Part shown: positions 45,371 through 58,434 of the stretch, one piece after another
Position numbering within the stretch: the first letter of the stretch is position 1
How the letters are laid out: each line of letters starts with the position of its first letter
From: the human T2T-CHM13v2.0 reference genome, Homo sapiens
Assembly: GCF_009914755.1 (NCBI RefSeq)
Contig: NC_060930.1
Length of the DNA: 64,000 nucleotides
Strand: one strand, 5' to 3'
Position numbers and translations under genes: made by a program
Notes under the pieces: model-generated
Told to the model about the DNA's origin: nothing
Databases searched by the model: none
The model's input: the letters and a program-made list of their open reading frames with translations, nothing else

Positions 45371-46334
45371 TGAAATTAAATCATGTTAAACATTTTGAAT
45401 AATTGCATTATTTTTCTCACAAGTATTTAAATAAAATCCCTCTCAGTCCCATCCTGATCCTCAGCTTTGAACTGTTTCACTCTGCACAGGGGAAAAGTTG
45501 AGAATTTATCTCTGGAGTCCTTAGGAATTTTCTCTATGCAATTCACAACAGATTTGATTAGGTGTCCAGTGTAAACTTGACTCCACGGCCCTCCTTCTTC
45601 TCTGTCCTAGTTCTCATGTGAATACATAAAAATGTGACCCTCCAGAATTATTTTACATTTTAGCAGAAAGAAATGGTTTCAGTGGAGCTATCCTAACAGT
45701 GCTTTTGTATGTCTTGCTTAGTAACTCCCTTTCCCTTAATTGAAAAAGGAAAGAAAAAAAATAAAGAATGATGCTGGTTTGGAAATACTTTTAGAGATTG
45801 CTGTCTCCAACTGTGCTTGTTCTCGCTGTCTGTTATGGTCCATTAGATAAACATGGTGTTCAACAGTCAGGCTGTTGTTGATATATTTGGCAACACTGAT
45901 AATGTGATCTATGTTTAGGAGGAAGTGGATGCGTCATTCCATGCGGGCATAGGTTTTCTGAAAGTGATTGTTCTTTTTACAAGAAAAAGTTAGATAAGTC
46001 ATTGAACCTTAAATTCTCACTAAGAGTCTGAACATTTTTAATTTTTGTCATCTGAGGTTTTTTTTTTTTGGTGCTTTTATTGGAATTTCAGATTAATAGT
46101 TGGGCTTATTCTCAGAAGCAACCAGTACTAACTGAAAATAAATGCAAACCTGGTTGCTTCTGACTCTTGAGGGTGAAATTAGTATAACAAGAAAAAGGGA
46201 GGTGCTTGTTATCTGAGTATATTTCTTTATTGTTCGTCAATCACAGTTTTTAGTGTTTTCATTTGTAACCTGCAAGTTTAAAAACAAACAGAAAAGAACC
46301 TTGAATCTTAAGATTCTTTTTCTGTTTCTCTCCC

Positions 46335-46602
46335 TTATATCTATTTATCTATTTATCAATTAATCTACCTACCTGCCTATCTACCTATCTCTCTCTACAT
46401 ACACATATACACATATGTACTATATTTAGACTACATATGTATAGTACATATGTATATGTATATTTAGTACGTATGTATATGTATATGTGTATTTATGTGT
46501 ATATTTGGACTGTACATATACAGTCTAAATATAGTACATATATGTATGTATTTATACTATATATGCATATTTATACACATATACAGTCTCTTTATATATG
46601 TA
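46335..46602. repeat. (TATC)n/(TACC)n plus TA/TG-rich low-complexity repeat
   Basis: Read directly from the sequence. Confidence 0.85.
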
Positions 46603-46649
46603 GTCCTGAAGAAAGGATTGGAATATATTTCATCAAATAAAATACTAAC

Positions 46650-47150
46650 ATATTTTGGACATAAAAGGGCATAAAGTCTGAGACATGGAATGTCTTGTAA
46701 TGTCCAGATGAATCCTAAATATCCTCAGTGATAGGATTTCAGGCATTTCTCTTGGAAAGTGATTCCATTATCTAATAGTTTTCATTGGGAGGAAATTTTT
46801 CCCAACAGGCTTAATGTTCCTCTTCTCAACTGGTTCCATTAAACCTAATTACCCCTTCCTAAAGCTGAGCAATTCCTCTCCTATTGGTATTTACCAAGTT
46901 TTAATAGTGGAAAGCAACAATTAGCTCTTCAGCTGTCATAAAATCAGTGTATTTTAAACTTTTTTGGTGTTTCTTTTTAAATGGTATACATACATGCATA
47001 TGTATATGTGTATCACACATACAACTAGTCACCAAATTTGCTTTAGTGTTTACTTAATGCTGAAATCATATCAGTATTTCAGATGTGCTTACATGGTAAG
47101 ACATTATTGACTTTTCTCTTATAAATTCTTTATGTCCACAGGTGGCCACT
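46650..47150 (-). mobile_element. L3/CR1 LINE remnant
   Basis: TTCCATTATCTAATAGTTTTCATTGGGAGGAAATTTTTCC resembles the antisense CR1 3' region. Confidence 0.5.
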
Positions 47151-47911
47151 AACAATATAGTAGCCTTCATTCACATTTTATAAAAATGGGTTATAGGTGA
47201 CAAGCCACAGCTTAACAATCTCTAGCCTCTGTGAAAGTTGGCTTATGTCTATAGTTTGGGCTGGTGAAGATTCCAAGAAAAAAATGCCACTGACCCCATT
47301 CAGTTCCATCAAGAAAGGGAATTTTGTTCTATGGGGGAGATGGATGTTATTACTTATTCTCTAGAGAGGGACGTTTAAAATCACTTCAGATTGTTGGAAT
47401 CTATAGCCTGCGCTATCATGGCAGGAAGCTCAGTGATTTTTAAATTATTTACAGGTAAAATCCCCACCTCCTGTAGTTTTTATTTTTAGAGTGTCCATTT
47501 CAGGATTTTAATGCTGAGAAAGTGAAACTATGCTCGCTCTTGTCATCTTCTTCCCTCTCTCTTCCTTTGACCTTCCCCCTTCGCCTCCCCTTCCCTCCTA
47601 GTGCTCTGCTCCTTCCCATTTCCTTTCCTACCTCAAATCCCATTACCCACCGCCATACCTTTTTTCCTTCTTTCTCTGACTCTGATTTTTCCCAGTTCTC
47701 TCTTAATGAGGTTTATTTGTGAGCCTCAAGCCTCATATTATTGTTCAGTCTTTGGGTATCCTCCATGCTGGGGGCTCCTTCCTGGGCCCATGAAAGATGA
47801 GTTTAGGGTCTGAAAGAAGGATCTTTCTTCTTGCCCTCAAGTCACTTCTGTAGCCTGTTGTGGTTTGCATGCTAGATGCATCTGGACTACATGGAAAAGA
47901 TTTCCTAGAAG

Positions 47912-48308
47912 TGTCTATGGACTGACTGTGTTACTCCCAAATTCATATGTTGAAGTCCTAATCCCCATCTTGATGGTATTTGGAGGTGGGGCCTTTGGGA
48001 GGTAGTTAGGCTTAGATGAGATCATGAGGTTGGGGACTACGTGATGGGATTAATGTCTTTCAAAGGAAATGAAGAAACACAGGAGCTTTCTCTCTCTCCA
48101 TGCTCAGGTACTGAGGAAAGATCATATGAGCACACAGCAAAAAGGTAACTATCTATCAGGTAGGAAGAATGCCCTCACCAAGAACCATATCGGCCAGTAC
48201 CTTGATCTTAGACTTCCCAGCCTCCAGAACTGTGAGAAAATAAATGTCTGTTGTTGAAGCCACCACATCCATGGTATTTTGTTGTAGCAGCCCAAACTGA
48301 CTAAGACA
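47912..48308 (+). mobile_element. MaLR LTR, MLT1A/A1-like
   Basis: CTATGGACTG...CCCAAATTCATATGTTGAAGTCCTAA ... CCAGAACTGTGAGAAAATAAA ... GCAGCCCAAACTGACTAAGACA. Confidence 0.9.
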
Positions 48309-48549
48309 AAGTATCTTCTTTTCAAAGATTGGACTTTATATTTTTTACTTGTGTTAGTATTTCATAATCCCAAAGTTCTACAACTTCCATATAACAAAAA
48401 TTTTGAATTCAGTACAATGACCTTGTAAGTATTTCATTTATAACAAGCCTCTTTAAAATATATTTAGTAACATTGCTTTAATTAGAAAGAATTTAAAATA
48501 TACGATGATGTCTTAGGTATGTTTATTTTTAGTGAGAATTGATTTGGTT

Positions 48550-48846
<297 letters not shown>

Positions 48847-49289
48847 GTTGTTGTTTTTAGTCATGAAATATTCAACTTTGTCCAGCCATCCTGGGCTACT
48901 CTAACAACTGTAATTGCTTTATAACTACTTAGCTATGGATTTCTGGAATCTGAAATTGAGGCCATAAGCAGAAATGACTAAAATATAGAATTCTTTCTCC
49001 TATCTTTATTTGTTCATCTAGATATTGGAACTGTATCATTAAATTTAAAGGGGGGAACTAGTATTGACAACAAATTAAATTATTTCAACCAAAACCACTT
49101 AATAGGTATGTTGACTGTTAGTCATTACCAAATCAGCTAAGAAAAAATAGTTTTATTTCCACTTTGTTGATTCAACAAATAATTTTCATATTTGTAATTC
49201 ATATTGACAGTCACAGATTCCTAGGATCTCTATTAACAGATACCTCGTTTGTGCCTGTGATTATTTCTTCATCTGTGCCTGTCTTTGCC

Positions 49290-49450
49290 CTTTCCTAGCT
49301 GAATGTCCTTGAAAAAATCATTTGGCCTTTTTGTGTCTGTTTCCTCATCATGAGGTGGAAAAATACATAGAGTCAAATGTGTGAGGTTGTTTCCAGAAAT
49401 TAATTTAAGTAAGCACTTTGAATACTACCAGACCATAGTAAGTTCTATGA
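49290..49450 (+). mobile_element. MIR
   Basis: TAGCTGAATGTCCTTGAAAAA...TGTTTCCTCATC ... TAAGCACTTTGAA. Confidence 0.65.
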
Positions 49451-51309
49451 TGATGACGACAGATCCAGTTGAGAGCTCATTTGCTGGCAGCATCCTAAAT
49501 AACTCTGCTTCATGGAAGAAAGGCTCTGTAAATACCAAAGATTAAGATCCTTGGTTTAAGACTCAAGGAATCTGTTTACAAGGTAAGTAAGCAAGAGAAC
49601 AAAAACAAAACATAGTTTATACAAGGCCCATTCAATCACAATCTTATCTTTTCAATTTCAAGTCTATCCCCTTTAAGTTTCCATGACATAAATATCAGCT
49701 GACATACACACAAGGTGACTCACCTTCTTCCCATTAAACTAGGTTGAGATTAAAAACAAACAAGCAAACAGCTGGAATGTGGCACGTGGGTCAGACCCTT
49801 CTGAGTCCAGTTGGGTAACTCAGCAGAGATCAGAATGATCTTCAAAAACCAACAAGCCATTGGCACGTATCTTCAGGCATGCTTGAAGTCTATGGGGCCA
49901 AATGGTAGAGTATCCTGGCAGAGCCAAAAAGTCTTCTTTTATGACACAGAAAAGAAAACTTCTTTCAAAGTAGTTATGCAACCCAGGAGAACACAATGCA
50001 TCCACTGTGTGTGTCCTGGGGCTGTCTATGAACACATGATTTCATATTTTTGTCCTCTGTAAACTTCAGCATTGATGATGAACATTATTTCAAGGAAATA
50101 TCCCACTACTTTATCTCTGTAAAGACATCCATAGAGAATGTAAGTTATAATTTCCTTATTCATTTTTCTGGTTAGAGAAGGCATTTCTATTTTAATGGTC
50201 AATTATTATATTCTGAATTTGCCACAAGTCTCCTTTTCATATTTAAACACTAGGGTTTTTTTTTCTTTGTTTTTTAAATTCTTAAGATAAATAGAAAAGT
50301 TAAGGTTAGAAAATGTTCAAAACAATTGCTCACCTTATAAAATCTTGTTAGGGAAGTAATTTTGCTCATTTCATACTGTTGACATTTCTGAATTTCAGTA
50401 ATCATTAATTTTTTTAAAGCTGCCAGCAGATATGTACAATACTCCTTTTAGATATTATTCCCATCAAAGACAGATTTCACCTCTTTCACTCTTTGTGTCA
50501 TTTCTCTATTATTTTGAAAATATTACTAATGCCTTCAAGTTCATTTGTATTCTGTAAGATTCTCCTTGTATCCAAGCAACTCCATCTGAAAAAATAATTT
50601 GTTTTTTTTAATGAGAGATATATTCAAAACAAAACCCTGCATATATTTATGATTTTTTGGTAATAATTTTCATGATACTAATTTCCTGGAAAGGGATTTG
50701 CACTTCACGAACAAACAGTGATTTCCTTTGAAACCTTCTCTGGTCTATGTCACCACAGTTATCTAAACAATTTAGATGTCCCTTTCTTGACTAAACTTTT
50801 AAAAAATGTTGATTCTGTTCTGTTTTTAGAAATGATACACATCATCAGATAATTTGTAAAACAGAAAATATATTAAAAAATAAAAACTTCCTTAAATAAC
50901 CATGGGATAATCAAGGTTGTAGTAGACTGCCAAGTGAGTTATAAAAACTCCAGAATTACGTCAGAATTAGACAGATAACCAAAGAATCTGTGGGGCACTT
51001 TGATGAACTCAAGTGAATCCTTATATTCATCTTTACTGAGAAAACTGTTGGGAATGATTTCACTTCCATTTTTTTAAAAATATAAAGCATATCCTTCAGA
51101 GTGGCACATGCAGAAATATTTTTTATGCGTGTATATTTACTGTTAAGTACACAATACGCCTATGAGAACAACCATAGCTAATAGCTTTAAGAACTGTGCT
51201 TGGGGCGAAGGGAAGGAATGTGTGGCTGGAGACTTAGTTTGGCATGACTGAGAAGCACCCAAGCGGAGTAAGGACGGGTGTGTCGGCTGCAGCCAGGCGG
51301 CAGTTCTGG

Positions 51310-51470
51310 TACTTCTCAGTCATGACATTTGGGGTCAGGTAACTGAATCCTCATCAGCAAAAAGGGGATAATAGTAGTAATATAGCTCTCATAATATTGT
51401 TACAAGAATTGCATATACTTATATTCACAAAATAAGTAAAATGTTTTGAACAGTGTCGTGAAGTTATGTC
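51310..51470 (+). mobile_element. MIR fragment
   Basis: TCCTCATCAGCAAAAAGGGGATAATAGTAG. Confidence 0.65.
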
Positions 51471-51489
51471 CTATGCAGGTATTTTACTG

Positions 51490-51745
51490 TAATTGACTTT
51501 ATTTTTGTTTTAGAGCAGTTTTGGGTCCACAGGAAAGTTGAGTGGAAAGTAGAGAGTTTCCATATCTCCCCTGCTCTCACACATGCTCAGCCTCCCCCGT
51601 GATCAACATTCCCCTCAGACTGGTACATTTGTTTACAATGGGTGAACCTACATTGACACATCATTGTCACCCAGAGTCGAAGTTTACGTTAGGCCTCTCT
51701 CTTAGGTTGTACATAATGAGTTTTGACAAATGTATGATGACATTC
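51490..51745 (-). mobile_element. L1MC/MD-like 3' end
   Basis: TTGACTTTATTTTT...AGAGCAGTTTTGGGTCCACAGGAAAGTTGAGTGGAAAGTAGAGAG ... GAACCTACATTGACACATCATT. Confidence 0.85.
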
Positions 51746-52342
51746 ATTTTAATAATGAAAATGGTTTGGTTGTTAGGGACTAGATTGTGACACTTTTGTT
51801 ACAAACCTGAAGAAAGTCGGGAGATTGTTAGTGAAATCCCTTTCTAGAAGAAAATTATAGAAAATGTGCCGGGTCTGCAGGCTGGTAGGTCCCCCTCCAG
51901 TCCCTGAACTGCCCACTGGAAGTTATGATGAAGACAGTCACTTGTTGGTTAAACTTGCATAACTTAATGAAGGAAAGAAAATATGGTTTCTGTAAGAGGA
52001 CATCCTGTAACTGGACCATGATGGTTCTTTGTAAGGTCACGATAAAGGGAGAAAGAAGTGGAAAAAATTTAAACTTTAGAAAAAGTAAAAAATCCTCATG
52101 TAGTAAAGATAAAATTTTGCTGTCATGGTATCTTGTAGGAGGCGCCAGTGACATTTTGCTGAATTGCTTGTGGTGAATTCTAAGAAAAAATAAAAGATAT
52201 TACTTTGAAGAAAAGGGGAATGCTAGCATGGAGCTCATTGCCTGGAAGGAGAAGAGGCTGAAAACATAAGTAGAGAAAAATCAATTTGGGTAAATTCATA
52301 AATCATTGATTTAGAATTAATGTATAGAAGACAGAGTGGGTA

Positions 52343-52635
52343 GGCTGGGAGCAGTAGCTCATGCCTATTATCCCAGCACTTTGGGAGGATGGGGTGGGTG
52401 GATCACTTGTGGTCAGGAATTTGAGACCAGCCTGGCCAACATGGTGAAAACCTGTCTCTACTAAAAATACAAAAGTTAGCCAGGCATGGTGGTGCGTGCC
52501 TGTAGTCCCAGCTACTCAGGGGGCTGAGGCACGAGGAGAATCTCATGAACCCAGGAGGCATAGGTTGCAGCTGAGATTGCATCACTGCATTCCAGCCTGG
52601 TTGACAGAAGTGAGACTCTGTCTCAAGAAAAACAA
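52343..52635 (+). mobile_element. AluSx/Sz-like
   Basis: Full Alu; 14-bp TSD AAGACAGAGTGGGT (52328-52341 / 52636-52649). Confidence 0.95.
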
Positions 52636-52914
52636 AAGACAGAGTGGGTTATTTGCAGCACAGTGTAATATCTGTACAAATATAACCAATGTCTTTATCT
52701 TTCATGTAGATACCTCTCCACAGGCTACCACGTGAATCTCCAGTCAGCTGGAGCAAAGCCATATAAGATAGGCCTAGTTCAGACAGTGTTCTAAAAAGAA
52801 AACTACCAACAAAAGGGGCTTGGAAAGGTTCCTCGGGATATCAAAAATCAAATTAGCTTATTCTACTGTAATTGCTTATTTAAAATGGCAGAATCCCCCC
52901 TAGAATTGGAAATG

Positions 52915-53030
52915 TTCATTAATTTATTCAGCAAATATTTACTGAGCACCTACTACATGCCAGGTGGTCACAAATTTAAAAGTAAGCAATATAGACAAAG
53001 CCTATGCCCTCTTCTAGCTAACAGAAAATA
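52915..53030 (-). mobile_element. L2 3' end
   Basis: TTCATTAATTTATTCAGCAAATATTTACTGAGCACCTACTACATGCCAGG. Confidence 0.85.
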
Positions 53031-53989
53031 AATACTGGGTGAAAGAATAAAAGAGAATTATGTGCATGTTACACACTTGACAAGCATAAATGTATGTAAC
53101 AGCTTTGGAATGTTCTCTGATGAAGTTCTGATATACCTTACCCATTTTTCTCCATTAAGCATGTGGTGAAGACACAGCCTGACTAGTAAGACTGTCTGTG
53201 TTCTGATATAATCTAGGTTTCTTTTCTTGTATTGACCAGAAGGTGTGAACATGTGTTGCATGAGTTGTGTATATTTGTGTGTGTGTGCATGTGTGTGTGT
53301 GAGAGAGCATGCACACTTTTGTGTCATGCTTCTCAAAATGTAGCACATGAACTGGAATTGAAGAAGAATTAGAGCTTTTGATTACTATTTGGATTATTTT
53401 CTTGGTCTTTACATATGCAACTGTTCAAGGCTTAATATAAGTTTGGTCTTTTTAGTATAATGTTGTGTAGGAGGCTTTGCTTCCTTATAATATGCTATGT
53501 GACATGAGGCTCATTTGCTTTCCCTATTATCCCAGGAAATGCTAGCATCTTTCTTGTGAGTATTCTGTGTCCTGGGTTTCCTACTGTGCTGCAGTGTAAA
53601 GAGAGTAGGGCAATGTAAACTTCTTTGAGAATCACTTCCTGACTGATTGGCGTCTAAGAAGAAACACGATCTGGAGCTTTGCACAGCACCAGGACTCTGC
53701 CTGTGAAACACTATTAAATCTGCTATTACCCTCCCTTCCGCCCTTCCCCCAGGACTCTAAGGTGACGTTCCCACTTAACTCTTTCATGCCCAATAGCACG
53801 TAGGGCACACTACCAATGTCTGCAATGAATCATATGTTTTCAGAATAATTATTTTGATCACTTATATCCTTTCTTATTAAAAATGTCTGTGCAGTTCTTA
53901 AAGAGGAAAGGGGTGAGGGAGGAAAGCTGCAATTTAGAGGAACTGTGTAGTTGTTTTTCTTTCTTTTATTTAATCATCACATTTAATAT

Positions 53990-54135
53990 TTCCTTATAAG
54001 TCACATTTTAAAGAAAACAAACCCAAGGCTCAGAGAGGTCAACTAATTTACACACATGGCATGGCTAAGAAGTGGCAGGGGCTGGATTAGAATCAAGACA
54101 TTTCTGACTCAGAGCCAGTGATTTTTCTACTACAT
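53990..54135 (-). mobile_element. MIR
   Basis: AGGCTCAGAGAGGTCAACTAATTT ... GTGGCAGGGGCTGGATTAGAATC ... TCTGACTC. Confidence 0.8.
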
Positions 54136-56711
54136 ACAGTAAGTTCCACCAAGTGGAAAATTAAGGTCTTAATAATACCAGCCAAGAAACACTGCATTAA
54201 TTATAATGAATGTTTTATGCAGGGTAGTTTTTGGGTCTGAATCATGGCATTGTTGCCATACATTTTTTATTTTATTTATTTTTTTACTTTGTGTGGAGAC
54301 ATCAGGGTTTATTAACCACTGCATCCAAGACTGAAGATCAGATAGTTTAAAAAAAAAAGATGATATTTGAATGTGTAAATATTTGTTTTAGAATACACGG
54401 AGATAGTCTTTTTTTTTCTGTCTTTCACCTAACCTTTCTTCCACATTTTTTTTTTTATTGAGGCAACAAATTCCTTCCTCCTTAGATCCCTGCCCCACAA
54501 CAACCCAGAGCCCAGAACATAAACAAAGACACATTTGGAAGCTCCTGCAGAGAGACCTATATCCAAGATCAGCAGATCCTGCAATTTGCTATTTCCTCCT
54601 CCCCCCTCTCCCCAGATGCAGGCTTATGTAAGTCTCCCTGAGGCATGTATGGTTTTAGGGAAAGGATTGAAAACTGTGCCTGGTGCTGTTAGTATTAGAT
54701 GGCTGTAAATGAATAAATGGATAATAACAGTTAGGCAGCTCACTGACGGTATTCCAAGTATTAATAAATGAGTGCAATTGACACAGTTTGACACCAACAC
54801 TTTGGAATTTATGACATGTAAAAAGGGAGAATATGAATCTGCCGCTTTCAACTTTTTAATATAATTGGGATGCCTGAAGCCATTTTACCATCTGTAAGCT
54901 TCCCGTATTAGCCCTGATTTACTCCTGAATGTCCACAAAGCCTGGGACTTCATATAAAAGTTTTGAAAAGAGTTTAGCATTGTAGCTTTTCTTTTAATAT
55001 CTGAAACTTGTTATAGCATGTGCTGCTATTTCCAGGCAGTTTAGTGTCATTAAAGCAAACACCATATAAACCTGACTTCCTATTTTTAACATTGTAGAAT
55101 TCTATATTAAGTGCCATGAACAAAGAAGCACATCAGATGAATACTTTTTCCTTTAAAATGAAAAACTCCCTTAACCAGGATGTTCAGAACCTTCCCAAAA
55201 TGGACTTGTTTTCAGCTTGTTCATCTTTTCCACCTCCCTACTGCTTTTTAAAAGTTTCATGTCCATTTTTGGTGACAATTTATTATTTGAAGTCATCTTC
55301 CAAGGGCAGGAAATATCTTTGTAGAAAAGAGTCCGAAATTAACTTCATGTGCAAAACAAACGTATCACAGAACAGTAGAGACAGTTCCTAAGCAGATTGT
55401 GTTCTAAAAGTTTGCCTAAAAGAATGCTGTTTGGAGCCTGGAACATATTTTTCATGGAAACACTATAGATGGCTGTTAAGTTCTAAGGTCAGTGATTGAG
55501 GCCTTGTGACCTGTGAAGTAATTGGATCGCAAAACTGCATTTTTAAAATACCACTTTGTGATAATTTAGGATATTATTTTGGTAACGTCACACATTATAA
55601 CATGGAATCTAGAGCTACTGCATAGCATCATGAGCATGATAGTTTAACTAGGTTCCAGTCACACTGATCTCCTTGTTATTGCTCAACAAGGAGTGAGGAC
55701 TGTGGTATGGGCATACAAATTGGGAGAGCATGTGTGTTTAATGATGACTGTAGTCTGTGCAAGGATCAAGTCAATATCAAGTCATGCAGCTTGGAGTACC
55801 TCCCCCTCCCACTTTTTTGATGTACATGTTTAAGTAAGAGTCTCAAAGTGTCAACATTTTTTGTTGGGTCTTTGTTGTGATTCATCACCATGTGATCCTG
55901 AGGCAGCGGATGTCTTGATAGGAAAATATTGATAGTGCACAGCTGGTACATTCCTTCCCCACTTTTACTTGAATTGCCCTGTGCTTCTCTAGGGTTCCCT
56001 GCACCCTCTTTTTCTCTCCCTCTCTTCCCACTTAGTGGTAGGGTCTAGGGCTGTAGAACACACCAGACAACTCATCTTGATTTAAGCAGACTACTTAGGG
56101 GGTTCTGATGGATACTGAAAGGCGACTCACTGGACTGGAACGTGTGCCTATAAAAGGTATCCTGGCCCCTATTGCTTCACCAACAATCAGCTAATTTGTT
56201 GTTGGCCTATTCCACCTTCTTCATTTTCCACTGTCATAAATTCTTTGGCTGCTGCGACTGAACATGCTGGAGAGCGACCTTTCTTCTCTTAGACATTCTT
56301 GTAAAGATGTAAGCCCGGTTCAGAGACTGCTTTGGTCCCACTTCATTACTTGTAGGTTCCTACAGTAAAAGACCATTCTTTCCTATATTTGCCATCTTCA
56401 CCGTTTATACTCAAGATGGTGGTTAGAAGCCAGACAATAGATAATGAAAAGAATGATAAATCATTGAGTGGTTGAAAACTAACGCAAATATTTGATTACA
56501 TTTCTAGCTGTAGCAAATCAGCAAATCTCAATTCCTGAGTAGGTGAAGTTTGAATTGCCCAGGTGAGGAAAAGCAGGCTACTGAGCACTGCTCTGGGAGT
56601 CGGATCAGTAGGAGCCTGATCATATCTCAGAACAGGGCAGTGTGAGCATCAGAGTTTGTGGAGAAAAGGGCAAAGTGGAAAGATATCTTACTAGGTTTTC
56701 AGCCCCTTTTG

Positions 56712-56870
56712 ACTTTTAGAGGCAATTCAGGTGAGGGCTCAGAAAGAAAAGAGGAAAGCTGGGGAGAAAGCTCCATAGTTTTACAGAGCACATAAATAAT
56801 CATGTAAAGGATGTTAGTAGAAATACGGATGTTCAGGATGATTTTGATGAAACTTCAGACAGAAATGAGT
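56712..56870 (+). mobile_element. MaLR internal (MLT1-int-like) fragment
   Basis: GGCAATTCAGGTGAGGGCTCAGAAAGAAAAGAGG ... GATGTTAGTAGAAATACGGATG ... TCAGACAGAAATGAG. Confidence 0.7.
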
Positions 56871-57167
56871 TTTCCCAGAGGTCTCTTTGAAAGACTCAAG
56901 GCTTCTCCCTTTTGGTCATGTCTCAGGTAGTCTTAAAGCACTCAGAATCCAGCATGTCAGCAAAGAAAATTTATGGCTATTTTACCAATCATAGAGACAA
57001 TTTAAGTAAAGAGGAGTCAATTAAGCATTTGTAATATTTGCTTTTTAAACTGTGGCAGCAAAATCATTTTAGTGGATAACAATTCACATTAAAAATAGAA
57101 TGAAAAAATAGAACATAATAAAATATATAAAAGTTTTGCAACTTAGATTTATTTTATGGGTCTTTTA

Positions 57168-57454
57168 TTTCCCTCCTTTCCTCCCTCCCTCCCTCCCTCT
57201 CTCCCTTCCTTCCTTCCTTCATTCCTTTCTTCCTTCCTCTCTGTCTTGTCTTTTTCTTTCTTTCTTTCTTTCTTTCTCTTTCTTTCTTCCTTTCCTCTCT
57301 CTTTCTTCCTTTCCTCTCTTTCTTCTTCTTTATTTCTGTTTGTCTCTCTCTCTCTCTCTCTCCTTCCTTCCTTCCTCCCTTCCTCCCTTCCCTCCCTCCC
57401 TCCTTCCTCTCTCACTCCTCTTTCCTTCCTTCCCTCCTTCCTTTTCTCTCTTTC
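57168..57454. repeat. About 285-bp polypyrimidine/polypurine tract of (CCCT), (CCTT), (CTTT) and (CT) units
   Basis: Read directly from the sequence. Confidence 0.95.
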
Positions 57455-57485
57455 TGATATAAATTTGTATTCTGGGTCATGATGT

Positions 57486-57916
57486 GTGATGGTAAATTTT
57501 ATGTGTCAACTTGACTGGAACACAAGATGTCCAGATATCTGACTAAACATTATGTCTGCATGTGTCTGTGAGAGTGTTTCTGGAAGAGACGGCATTTGTA
57601 TTGGTAGAATGAGTAGAGCATATGGCCCTCCCCAAGGTATGTGGGCATCATGTAATTTGTTGAGGGCCTGAATAAAACAAAAAGATGAAGAAGGTTTGAG
57701 TTAACTCTGTCGGACTGCTTGAGCAGGATATCTGTTTTCTCCTGGTTCTGGTGCTGCTGGTTCCCAGACCTTCAGAATCTATAGCATTGGCTATCTGACT
57801 TCCAGGCCTTCAAACTACGCCACTGCTTTTCCTGGGTATCCAGCTTGCAGATAGCAAATCATGGACTTCTCAGTCTCTGTAATCATGTGACCCAATGCCT
57901 TATGGTAATTATAATA
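57486..57916 (+). mobile_element. ERVL LTR, MLT2 (B/D-like), 3' end missing
   Basis: TGTGATGGTAAATTTTATGTGTCAACTTGACTGG ... TTGAGGGCCTGAATAAAACAAAAAG ... CCAGCTTGCAGATAGCA. Confidence 0.88.
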
Positions 57917-58403
57917 CAGTAGCCCCCCCTTATCCACAGGGAAATATGTTCCAAGACCCTTGGTGAATGCCTGAAATTGTGAATAGTACTGAACCCCACT
58001 TACACTATGTTTTTCCTGTACTTACATACCTATGCTAAGGTTTAATTTATAAATCAAGAACAGTAAGAAAGTAACAATAACTAATAATAAAATAGGCAAA
58101 GGATAACAATATGCTATAATAAAAGTTATGGTAATATGGTCTCTATGTCTCTCAAAATCTCTTATTGTACTTTATTCACTCTTCTTTTTGTGATGATGTG
58201 GGATGACAAGATGCCTGTTTCTGAGATGAAGTGAGATGAACGACATTGGTGTTGTGATGCAGCGTTTGGCTACTATTGAAAACTAATTAATAACTTAGGA
58301 ATGGTTTATTTCTAGAATATTCTATTTAATATTTTTGAATTGCAGTAGGCTGCAGGTAATGAAAATCAAGGAAAGCAAAACCACAGAGGAGAGGGGACTA
58401 CTG
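57917..58403 (-). mobile_element. MER44B-like (Tigger7) DNA transposon
   Basis: TIRs CAGTAGCCCCCCCTTATCC ... GAGGGGACTACTG, flanked by TA on both sides. Confidence 0.9.
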
Positions 58404-58434
58404 TAATAATATAATAATGATAATAATAATAATA

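Noticed and set aside
55668-55820. Cys-rich frame ..DDCSLCKDQVNIKSCSLEYLPLP, resembling an integrase CxxC region
   Set aside because: No HH pair or DDE core visible; similarity too weak without an HMM search.
57136-57482. 108-aa and 88-aa ORFs rich in S/L/F/P or E/R/K/G
   Set aside because: Translations of a stop-free polypyrimidine repeat.
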